Assembly: GCA_964490245.1 (NCBI GenBank)
Contig: CAZBAF010000002.1
Location: 2,456-66,455, forward strand
Reading direction: 5' to 3'
Origin: an uncultured Candidatus Saccharibacteria bacterium
Lineage (GTDB): Bacteria; Patescibacteriota; Saccharimonadia; Saccharimonadales; JACDBH01
DNA length: 64,000 nt
Part shown: in pieces, positions 47,278 to 57,088 of the stretch
How the letters are laid out: every line of letters begins with the position of its first letter
How positions within the stretch are numbered: the stretch's first letter is position 1
Translations under genes and position numbers: made by a program
Notes under the pieces: generated by a model
What the model saw: the letters and a program-made list of their open reading frames with translations, nothing else
The model's database searches: none
Told to the model about the DNA's origin: nothing

Positions 47278-48531
47278 TTAGTAGGTCGGGACCGCTGAGT
47301 ACACAATGGTTGTGCTATAGGTACCAGAGGTGGTTGTAGGACTGATGTTGGCGACATAGCGCACAGCTACAGTCTTACACTCGGTATAGCCGGCAGTGCT
47401 TGCAATGGTGGTGGGGGTGTTGGCAGCGAATGAGAACTGTGCACCACCCGCGGTTAGTGCGCCTGAGCCGTTCGCATAGCCGGCAGCTGGGGTCAGGGCA
47501 CCATTAGCGCCCAGATTGGTTGCCGTATCCACATACTGGAACTGCAAGGGGCTATCACTACTTGCAACCATGACAGGGGCAGCAACACCTTCACCACCGC
47601 TTACTGTATCGATTGCCAGACCAAACTGTTCGGTGCCCGGACTGCTCTCGACACCGGTGCCGATTGGGTTGATGTCAGGGTCGTTGAGAGGATCGTTACC
47701 TTTGCGCAAGGTATCACCCTCGTACTGCACCACGACACCGCTTGCAGCGTTGGTATACAGACGGAAGGCAGAGTAGTTATCGTATGCCTGCAACAGTGAC
47801 AGGGTCTGCTCATCGGGATCACCCAAAGTGATTGCACCGCTACCCTCTAGTGGTGAACAGCTGGCGCCTGGGTCATCTACTTCACCAAAATCACCGGTAG
47901 TAGAGAAGCCAAGCGTTTCAGCCACGCGTGTGGTGATGTAGATACCTTCAGTGATTGAGCTGGCCACTGTGCCGTCATCTACGAGGTCGTCCCAGTCGGC
48001 TGTGTCAGGGTCGTCGTCGCTGTGCGTAGAGATGCGCACAAAGAAAGTGCCGAGGGTCTCGGGGTTTTTAACACCCACGATAGTGAAAGAGACATTACCG
48101 GCAATGTTCTGTGCTGCATCGGTGTTAACAAGCCTAACCGTATTGGCTGAGGCAGCACCTATTTCCCAGTCGTTGTTCAGTACCGCGACACCGCCAAGCG
48201 TTACGTTTGTGGCATCCATGTCAGCTACTGCCGTACAAGGTCCGATAGCCTCCTGGCAGTAGCGCAGCAATATAGACTGCACAGGGGTAGTGGTAGCGGT
48301 TGTAAACGCAAATGTATGATCTGCCTCTGCACCGTTGGTTTCGCTTCCGGGGTCGCCGTCCGCCACATCACCCGCCAGGGTGCTGCTGAGTGTCAGACTG
48401 CGATTGGTCACCTGCGCAGCCTGAGCTGTGCTGAAGAACGATGCAAAGTTCACCACCAGCAGCAACGCCGTAAAGCTCAAGGCTGCCAGGAGAGCCGTCG
48501 ATCGTTTCAGCGAAATTGCATAATTACTCAT
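47278..48531 (-). CDS. secreted beta-rich protein, paralog family member (417 aa, candidate major subunit)
   Basis: AAGGAGA SD and a signal peptide ending AQA. Blocks RSLTLSS, C..(6)..C, FFVRIST, IYITT and TEQFGLAI, with terminal strand GTYSTTIVYSAVPTY*. Confidence 0.6.
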   Translation of the reverse strand: MSNYAISLKRSTALLAALSFTALLLVVNFASFFSTAQAAQVTNRSLTLSSTLAGDVADGDPGSETNGAEADHTFAFTTATTTPVQSILLRYCQEAIGPCTAVADMDATNVTLGGVAVLNNDWEIGAASANTVRLVNTDAAQNIAGNVSFTIVGVKNPETLGTFFVRISTHSDDDPDTADWDDLVDDGTVASSITEGIYITTRVAETLGFSTTGDFGEVDDPGASCSPLEGSGAITLGDPDEQTLSLLQAYDNYSAFRLYTNAASGVVVQYEGDTLRKGNDPLNDPDINPIGTGVESSPGTEQFGLAIDTVSGGEGVAAPVMVASSDSPLQFQYVDTATNLGANGALTPAAGYANGSGALTAGGAQFSFAANTPTTIASTAGYTECKTVAVRYVANISPTTTSGTYSTTIVYSAVPTY

Positions 48532-48644
48532 GCACTATTCTCCTTTGTTTTACTTTTTATTTTAGGTGTTACCTGACGGCTAAGATACCAAAACCCTTAT
48601 GCCTGCGCAAGTATTTTATAGAACCACTTATCCACAATTTTATT

Positions 48645-49379
48645 TTAAAACGTGGCAATTGCCTGCACGACCAGCACTGTTTTATATTGGCCGCCCGGCG
48701 TAGCGTTTGAGATATTGGCAATAATAGAAATAGTGTAGCCGGTTTCGCCGCTGTCGCGTTCGCTTTGGGCAATAATGTCGCCGCTAACAAATTTAAAGTG
48801 ATCTTCAGTGTTGTAACCGGGCGCTGCTTCGCCGAAAGAGAAAGTCTCGTCCGGTGACAGCGACGGATTGGCACCAATACCCGGATTGCTGTTGGCAACC
48901 AGATTAATACCAAACTGCTCGGTGCCGGGCTGAGACAAGCTGGGCGAGTTAAGCGCGGTCAGCGCATGCTGCGCACCGCTGCTGTTGGTTGGCGTGGCGC
49001 CATAGATCTTCACCACATATCCATCGGTTAAATAGTTAATGACCCGAAAGTTGGCACTGGCTGCGGCCGTACCAGACGTGTTCAGAACACCCAGGTCTAT
49101 TAAGTAATTTGAGACACTGACCTCGATAAAAGGCTCGCCCGGCGTACCAAACCCGCCGTCTGTCTGAAAGTTTTCGCTGCTGGTTCCGCCCACTGCCGTA
49201 CCGCCGATTGACTGATCGGCACAGTATTCGTCGCTGCAAGCATCCAGCTCGCCACCGCCGCCTATGAATATTTCGTCAACCCGAAAATTAGGCGATGTGT
49301 GTTGGGCATATGTCACTGCCGGCACCGCCAACAGCAGCAATAGCGTCACTACCCCCAGTCGCACGATGCGAGATTTCAT
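48645..49379 (-). CDS. secreted beta-rich protein, paralog family member (244 aa)
   Basis: The probable start is the Met at 49379 (MKSRIVRLGVVTLLLLLAVPAVTYA|QH). ACSDEYC pair, TEQFGINL and terminal strand GQYKTVLVVQAIATF*. The track start is 49481. Confidence 0.6.
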   Translation of the reverse strand: MKSRIVRLGVVTLLLLLAVPAVTYAQHTSPNFRVDEIFIGGGGELDACSDEYCADQSIGGTAVGGTSSENFQTDGGFGTPGEPFIEVSVSNYLIDLGVLNTSGTAAASANFRVINYLTDGYVVKIYGATPTNSSGAQHALTALNSPSLSQPGTEQFGINLVANSNPGIGANPSLSPDETFSFGEAAPGYNTEDHFKFVSGDIIAQSERDSGETGYTISIIANISNATPGGQYKTVLVVQAIATF

Positions 49380-49622
49380 AAGCGTTATTATAAGTCGATA
49401 TCGTCTATCAAGTCTACACACCGCTCTAGCCCTAAGCGCCGCACGCATGCCAAAGTTACCCTTAGACTTTTTGGGGGCCATCAGTTATGATAGTCCTTAA
49501 AGAACAAGCATTATGTATCCCGTGAGAAACTACCAGATCAGACTGCGTTTAGTAGCGGTTGAAATACCGTTAACGGCTTCGGGTACCCGCCAGCGGGCAG
49601 GAAGGGCCGGTTCTTAAGATCC

Positions 49623-50726
49623 ATGAATGACGAAAACAAACAGCCCGAAGGCGCAACCGGCGAACCGGCGCAGAACCAGAAGTCAGACAAGTCACCTGAG
49701 GAGCTGATGGGCCAGGTCAGCCAGGCTGACGGCTCGCTGGAATCCGGACACAAACAATCGGCGGTTGACGCCATGGCCGACGCCTCTACGACCGAAACCG
49801 ACCCCGCTGCCGTGCCTAAAAAGCCCGAGGCAAAGGGTTTTAAAAAGATCATCGGCAAGGTTAATGTCTACCTGCTGTTATTTATTTTGCTGCTGGTTGT
49901 TGCGGGGGCGGTCTTTTTGGTCATGTATTACATGAATAAGCGCGAAACCGCCGTCAGACTTGAAACTACCCAGCTCACCCAAGAAACTCTTGAAGAACTT
50001 AAAACCAGCGATGCAATTGTAGGCGACCCGCGCCAGATCCTGACCATCGAATCAAACGCCGTCATTACCGGCAAAGTGGTGATGCGCGACACGCTGGATA
50101 TAGCCGGCGCCTTAAGCATCGGCGGGCCGCTCAGCATCCCCAGTATTCAGGCCGGCGGTAACGGTACCTTTGGCAGTCTGCAAACCAATGACCTGCAGGC
50201 AGCCGGCAATGTCGGCATTGGCGGGGTGCTGGATGTAGTGGGCGTGGTTACCTTAGGCAACAACCTGACGGTGGCCGGCGACATTAATGGCGGCGGCCGG
50301 CTGGATGTGGGCGGCCAGGCAACCATAGGCGGTAACCTCAACGTCAACGGCATTATCTCGGCCATCGGTATCAACTTTAATGAGATATCCATCAACCGCA
50401 TTAATATTACCGGCTCCAACCCGACCGTATCTGTCGGCGGGGCAGCCGGCGGCGGCGCAACCGCCAGCGTGAACGGTACCGACACAGCCGCCACCGTAAC
50501 TATCAACACCGGCGGCGGCACCGGCGCAGGCATTCTGGCGACCATAACCTTTACCGGCGCCTTCAACAGCAATAACCCGCACCCCGTCCTGACGCCGAAC
50601 GGACCCGGCTGCGCGCATATTTCGTATTATGTGACCAATATAAGCGCCACGCAGTTTTCGATTGCCAGCGCTAATAATCCGCCGCCAGGGGTAACCTGCC
50701 GGTTTAATTATATTGTTATTAATTAA
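49623..50726 (+). CDS. membrane-anchored protein with parallel beta-helix-like Gly/Asn/Val repeats
   Basis: 367 aa. Acidic cytoplasmic N-terminus, one TM (VYLLLFILLLVVAGAVFLVMYY), then repeats such as GNVGIGGVLDVVGVVTLGNNLTVAGDINGGGRLDVGGQATIGGNLNVNG. Confidence 0.55.
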   Translation: MNDENKQPEGATGEPAQNQKSDKSPEELMGQVSQADGSLESGHKQSAVDAMADASTTETDPAAVPKKPEAKGFKKIIGKVNVYLLLFILLLVVAGAVFLVMYYMNKRETAVRLETTQLTQETLEELKTSDAIVGDPRQILTIESNAVITGKVVMRDTLDIAGALSIGGPLSIPSIQAGGNGTFGSLQTNDLQAAGNVGIGGVLDVVGVVTLGNNLTVAGDINGGGRLDVGGQATIGGNLNVNGIISAIGINFNEISINRINITGSNPTVSVGGAAGGGATASVNGTDTAATVTINTGGGTGAGILATITFTGAFNSNNPHPVLTPNGPGCAHISYYVTNISATQFSIASANNPPPGVTCRFNYIVIN

Positions 50727-50935
50727 GGTTTTGGATTATTAGGGTTTTTCGGTAAGCCCCTGCGGGGGCTTGACCCCATCTCTTTTATTTAAAATAATTT
50801 CAATTAACCATCTCAATGTTTTGCCGCTTTTCTTTTTAAGAGTAAGCAAAAGATTGACTCTTTTTCATAACTTCTTGTAGTCAAGAAGCAACCCCATACC
50901 TTTTTGTATCGACAAAAAGGTATGCCAAAAAGCTC

Positions 50936-51100
50936 GGCCGGCCCACCTGCCGTGACTCGGCTTGTTGTTCAAAAATACAATACGAAAGGCGGACTCCTTT
51001 CAGTCGGCCCCAATAGTTTCATATTTGAGTATTGGGGCTGACGCCTTGCTCTCTATTGTATTTTTGACGAACACCCGAATCAGGACAGGTGGGCATGGCC
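50936..51100 (+). ncRNA. candidate structured RNA: about 165-nt long imperfect hairpin (strand and identity uncertain)
   Basis: The left arm GGCCGGCCCACCTGCCGTGACTCGGCTTGTTGTTCAAAAATACAATACGAAAGGCG pairs with the right arm CGCCTTGCTCTCTATTGTATTTTTGACGAACACCCGAATCAGGACAGGTGGGCATGGCC. The inner stem is GTCGGCCCCAATA / TATTGGGGCTGAC. It is followed by a plus-strand terminator. Confidence 0.3.
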
Positions 51101-51113
51101 AGAACAAGCTGAA

Positions 51114-51136
51114 GCCCGCTAAAGCGGGCATTTTTT
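51114..51136 (+). terminator. rho-independent terminator (plus-strand oriented)
   Basis: GCCCGC-TAAA-GCGGGC followed by ATTTTTT. Confidence 0.6.
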
Positions 51137-51156
51137 AATGGGCGGCTTTGTCGCCT

Positions 51157-51190
51157 TTATCTTCTATCCTCTATTAACTATTATCTATCA
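51157..51190. repeat. heptad-phased CTAT array (4 units)
   Basis: CTAT occurs at 51164, 51171, 51178 and 51185, i.e. at exact 7-nt spacing. It lies downstream of atpC. Confidence 0.6.
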
Positions 51191-51208
51191 GCTAAGCAGG
51201 CCGGTGTA

Positions 51209-51520
51209 CTACACATCCAAAAACACAATAACCTGATCGGCCTTTACATGCATAACCGCGCGGTTGATGCGGATGATTTTGTCGCCGGTAGGCGCGACGA
51301 TTTTCATCTCGCAGGCACTGACAAGCGTCATAAAGTTATGGTGACGCGGCAGGATATCAAACGGCCCGGTGTGGTTTTCGGCGCTGATGCTGTAAGCCGG
51401 CTCATCAAAATAGTTCTGAAACGGCGAATAGACCTTTACCCGCATCAGCGGCTGGCCCTTGTCGTCCTTTAGCTCTTCGGTCGGCGGTTTTTTGGAGTCG
51501 TTTTTATCCTTCTTGGCCAT
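51209..51520 (-). CDS. atpC: F0F1 ATP synthase subunit epsilon (N-terminal beta-sandwich only)
   Basis: 103 aa. VKVYSPFQNYFDEPAYSISAENHTGPFDILPRHHNFMTLV fits the epsilon pattern. It has a Lys-rich N-terminal extension and no C-terminal helical hairpin. Confidence 0.8.
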   Translation of the reverse strand: MAKKDKNDSKKPPTEELKDDKGQPLMRVKVYSPFQNYFDEPAYSISAENHTGPFDILPRHHNFMTLVSACEMKIVAPTGDKIIRINRAVMHVKADQVIVFLDV

Positions 51521-51624
51521 ATCTTACCTGTCTAAGCACTAGTTGATGAGTGAAATCTGAGCCTTGAGGCAAGCAGCTTCATACAGCACCTGCCACATAG
51601 TAAGTATTATCCATGAAATTCCTG

Positions 51625-53834
<2,210 letters not shown>

Positions 53835-53852
53835 GAGGCATACTCCGTACGC

Positions 53853-53887
53853 ATAGATGATAAGTAATAGATAATAGGCAATAGATG
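53853..53887. repeat. heptad-phased ATAG array (5 units) in the atpA-atpG intergenic spacer
   Basis: ATAGATG ATAAGTA ATAGATA ATAGGCA ATAGATG. Confidence 0.6.
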
Positions 53888-53892
53888 ATTTG

Positions 53893-55584
53893 TCATTTCT
53901 TGACCTCGGCTTCCTGCTTGACCTCTGTAACCGTGCCATCCTTATCGACCTGGATGGGGCGAACCTCGGCGTCTTCTTCTTTGTCGGCGGTGTTTTTCTG
54001 CTTGGCCTCTTCGAGTGCCTTCTTGGCTTCTGCTTCGTCTTTGTTTTGGGCAGTTTCAGCCGGCTTATCACCTGCGGCCGCATCATCGGCCTTTGGGGTT
54101 TCGGCCGGGGCAGCAGCGTCCGCCTGCGGCGTAGTCGGCGCCGGAGTTGCCGTCGCCAGCAGACAATCATTCTGCAGCTGGTCGCGAACACGCTTAAAGG
54201 TCTCGTCATTGTCGTCCGTCACCTGCTTGGCTGCCTCGCGGACTTTTTCTTTCATTTTCTTGACGTCAAGCAGGGCCGTGTCATCCATGTTCAGCACAAT
54301 GTCGAACATTAGCTGCTGCTCCATAAAGTTATAGGTGACCGTCGGCGGCTGGTTAAAAATCTCAAGAATACTCTTACCGCGCGCCAGATCCTTATGGGCG
54401 CTCAGGGCCAACTCAGATCCAAAGTGTGCATATTCCTCGGCCTGACGATAGGTGGCCAGCGCTTTCATGGCAGCCACAGTGTGGCCTTTTTGGCGTTTGT
54501 TCTGCCCTACGCCGCCAACACGCGTCACACTTAGACCGGTTGATACCGCCGGCCGGTTTCCGCTTAAAAACACCTGCAGGTCCATGATCCACTGTCCGTC
54601 AGTGATTGACATAATGTTGGTCGGCAGATAGGCGGTAATGTCGTTATTGGGGGTCAGCACCAGCGGCAGACAGGTTAGTGTCTTATGATTGCGGGCCAGC
54701 TTACCGGCCCGCTCCAGCAGACTGGAGTGCGCATAGAACATGTCGCCCGGGTACGAATCACGTCCGGGACTGGTATTGGACATCAACGCGACTTCGCGAT
54801 ACGCCTGGGCGTGGCTGGTCAGATCGTCATAAATAATCAGTGTCTCCTGATCACACACCTGCCACAGATATTCCGCCATGGCGCAGCCAACATACGGCGC
54901 CAGGTAGGTCATAATTAGCGATTCGAACAATGTCGACACGATAACAATGGTGTTTTTTAGCGAGTCGGTGTCGTTTAAGCGGGTCATCAGCTCATCAATG
55001 TCGCTGCGGCGCTTGGCAATCAGCACATAGACAGTGATAATATCAGTACTTTTCTGATTAATGGCAATCTGGGTGGCCAGGGCGGTCTTGCCGGTTTTAT
55101 TATCACCCAGGATAGCCAAACGCTGCCCGCGCACAATCGGGAACAGGCCGTCTACCGCGACCACACCGGTCTCGAGCTGTAGATCCAGCATTTCACGCTC
55201 AAAAATCGGCGGTGCCGGATTGAACACCGGCCAAACATCATCAACCGCAATCGGGCCTTTTCCGTCCAGCGGCTCGCCCATAACGTTCACCACCCGACCG
55301 ACAAAATCCTTGCCCACCTTGGTCACCAATTTGTCGTACTGCGTCACGGCAACCATGCCAACCTTTAGTTTCTCAGTTCCCAAATGCAGCACCAGCACGT
55401 GATCATCCAGAACATGGTGGATGAACCCCTTGCTACCGTCCTCAAACATGACAATGGCGTGGGCATTAGCCGGCTGCAGACCTTTCACCATAATGATGTA
55501 CTGGTTGACTCCAATCACCTCACCGACAGGATTGCCCTGCTCGATCAGCTTTTGAAAGTGTTTGTTTGTCCCGGCCTCGCTCAT
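53893..55584 (-). CDS. atpA: F0F1 ATP synthase subunit alpha with about 87-aa Ala/Pro/Lys/Glu-rich C-terminal extension
   Basis: 563 aa. Walker A GDNKTGKTALA and typical alpha blocks (PGRDSYPGDMFYAHSSLLERA). The extension begins near ATATPAPTTPQ. Confidence 0.95.
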   Translation of the reverse strand: MSEAGTNKHFQKLIEQGNPVGEVIGVNQYIIMVKGLQPANAHAIVMFEDGSKGFIHHVLDDHVLVLHLGTEKLKVGMVAVTQYDKLVTKVGKDFVGRVVNVMGEPLDGKGPIAVDDVWPVFNPAPPIFEREMLDLQLETGVVAVDGLFPIVRGQRLAILGDNKTGKTALATQIAINQKSTDIITVYVLIAKRRSDIDELMTRLNDTDSLKNTIVIVSTLFESLIMTYLAPYVGCAMAEYLWQVCDQETLIIYDDLTSHAQAYREVALMSNTSPGRDSYPGDMFYAHSSLLERAGKLARNHKTLTCLPLVLTPNNDITAYLPTNIMSITDGQWIMDLQVFLSGNRPAVSTGLSVTRVGGVGQNKRQKGHTVAAMKALATYRQAEEYAHFGSELALSAHKDLARGKSILEIFNQPPTVTYNFMEQQLMFDIVLNMDDTALLDVKKMKEKVREAAKQVTDDNDETFKRVRDQLQNDCLLATATPAPTTPQADAAAPAETPKADDAAAGDKPAETAQNKDEAEAKKALEEAKQKNTADKEEDAEVRPIQVDKDGTVTEVKQEAEVKK

Positions 55585-56321
55585 GCCGCAGCCTCCTGCC
55601 CAGGCTGGGCTGGCGCCGCAGACTCTGCCGGCGCTTCAACCGGTGCCATCATGCCACCACCATCGGCCGCAGGTGTTGATAGACCTTCGTCAAGCCGCTC
55701 TATTGCCTTGACCAGCTTGATCTTGGTTTTTTCAAAGCGGCCGCGAAAACTGAAATCAAAAAACTTATTTGTCGTCCGTACCGTACAGCCGGCCGCCAGC
55801 TCGGGCCGCAAACCGACCGTCAGCAGCGTGTAGGCATGCAGGTTGGCGCGGTACCACTCCAGCAGCTTGGCGGTAAAATCACTGCTTGCCTCTGACGGAA
55901 AGCTCATATGGACAACCGGCGCCTTGGTCTTAAGCTGGGTCAAAAACGCCTTGAGCTTATCCCGGTCTTCGGCATGGATCATATTCAAACCATTAGCCTG
56001 CGACAGGCTGTCGAGTACCAGACTGAGTGTGGGCAGCGGCTTGTCCTTGCTGCCGCGCAGGCCCTCCTGGTGAAAAAAATCGTTGATTTTGTCTATCTCG
56101 CGGAGTGCTTTGCCCACATCACTGCGCGACACTACCGCTGTTGGCAAAACCAGGCCGGCCGGCTGCGCCGGCGACGCATTTGCCTGAGGCGCTACCGGCT
56201 CAGCCGCCGGCAGCGACGCATCAGAGTCCGTCACCTGGGGACGGCCCATGGCCTGCTGACGGTCATAATGAGCCGCCTGCGAAGCCTGAGGCTGGTGCTG
56301 ATTGCGGGTCTCAGGCGCCAC
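55581..56321 (-). CDS. atpH: F0F1 ATP synthase subunit delta (OSCP-like) with low-complexity N-terminal extension
   Basis: 246 aa, in the operon position between b and alpha. The C-terminal half (…VVHMSFPSEASSDFTAKLLEWYR…AAGCTVRTTNKFFDFSFRGRFEKTKIKL) fits the delta pattern. It overlaps atpA by 4 nt. Confidence 0.6.
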   Translation of the reverse strand: MAPETRNQHQPQASQAAHYDRQQAMGRPQVTDSDASLPAAEPVAPQANASPAQPAGLVLPTAVVSRSDVGKALREIDKINDFFHQEGLRGSKDKPLPTLSLVLDSLSQANGLNMIHAEDRDKLKAFLTQLKTKAPVVHMSFPSEASSDFTAKLLEWYRANLHAYTLLTVGLRPELAAGCTVRTTNKFFDFSFRGRFEKTKIKLVKAIERLDEGLSTPAADGGGMMAPVEAPAESAAPAQPGQEAAA

Positions 56322-56940
56322 TCCTGATATCCTCCACCATCACCTCCTTGTTAGCCTCCAGCTCGCCCAGGATATATTCAAGCTGATCACTCAGATCAAT
56401 TTCGCTGCCGATTGCATCCAGGACATAGTGGTTAACAATCTCCCCCATATTCTCTTCAAAACGCTTGATCAGCCGTTCGCGCTGTGCGTCAACCTCGGCC
56501 TGGAGTTTCTGGCGCAGAATCTGCCGCTCCTCCTCAAGCGCCACCTGAGTCTTCTGCATCGCATCCATTGCCTGCTTTTTGGCATCCTCAATTGACTGCT
56601 CGTATTTGGCAAATTCCTCCTGCAGGGTTTTGGTGATCTCCTGCTTCATGTACTCGTTGATCTGACTGGTTGTCAGACGCAGATCCTGCTGCAGGAACAT
56701 GGCGTTCTCGCCGATGATTTTCTCAAAATGCAGGCGGCCGCGGTTACGCAGCTCCTCGCGGAATTCATCGTTAAAGATACGCTCAACATCCTCATCAGCT
56801 GCCTGAACCAGTTCGTCTTTTGGATTGGTGCCTTTTTTGCCGGCCGGCGGCGCCGAACCAAGCCGCATAGCCACCCACACAAATGCCAGGGCAGTCATTG
56901 ACAGCGCCCCTATTACCAGTCCCAGCCCCCATGTGTTCAT
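56311..56940 (-). CDS. atpF: F0F1 ATP synthase subunit b-like (single N-terminal TM + long coiled coil)
   Basis: 209 aa. TM WGLGLVIGALSMTALAFVWVAM followed by a charged heptad-rich helix. Operon position is immediately upstream of delta. Confidence 0.55.
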   Translation of the reverse strand: MNTWGLGLVIGALSMTALAFVWVAMRLGSAPPAGKKGTNPKDELVQAADEDVERIFNDEFREELRNRGRLHFEKIIGENAMFLQQDLRLTTSQINEYMKQEITKTLQEEFAKYEQSIEDAKKQAMDAMQKTQVALEEERQILRQKLQAEVDAQRERLIKRFEENMGEIVNHYVLDAIGSEIDLSDQLEYILGELEANKEVMVEDIRSGA

Positions 56941-57088
56941 GTTCTTCTGCCCACCATTCTGCCTTATCTGTCCTTATGCATTGCGTACCCTGATGCAGCC
57001 CGAGCCAAAAACAGCGCCGCGGAATCAGCATGATTCCCATCGGTACCGGTTTTTACCCAAACTGTGCAACGTACGTAAGTCATAATGC

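Noticed and set aside
50936-51100. Assignment of the long hairpin to SRP RNA, RNase P RNA or tmRNA
   Set aside because: The conserved SRP helix-8 sequence (GGUCCGGAAGGAAGCAGC-type, GNAR loop), the RNase P GAGGAAAGUCC box and a tRNA-like tmRNA end were not found on either strand. Only a generic 6S-like or MITE-like shape remains.
53835-54209. N-terminal 125 aa (Arg/Lys/Pro-rich) of the long track ORF 52953-54209
   Set aside because: This is the alternate reading frame of the low-complexity atpA 3' extension. The recognisable gamma subunit begins at the Met at 53834, with its own GGAG SD.
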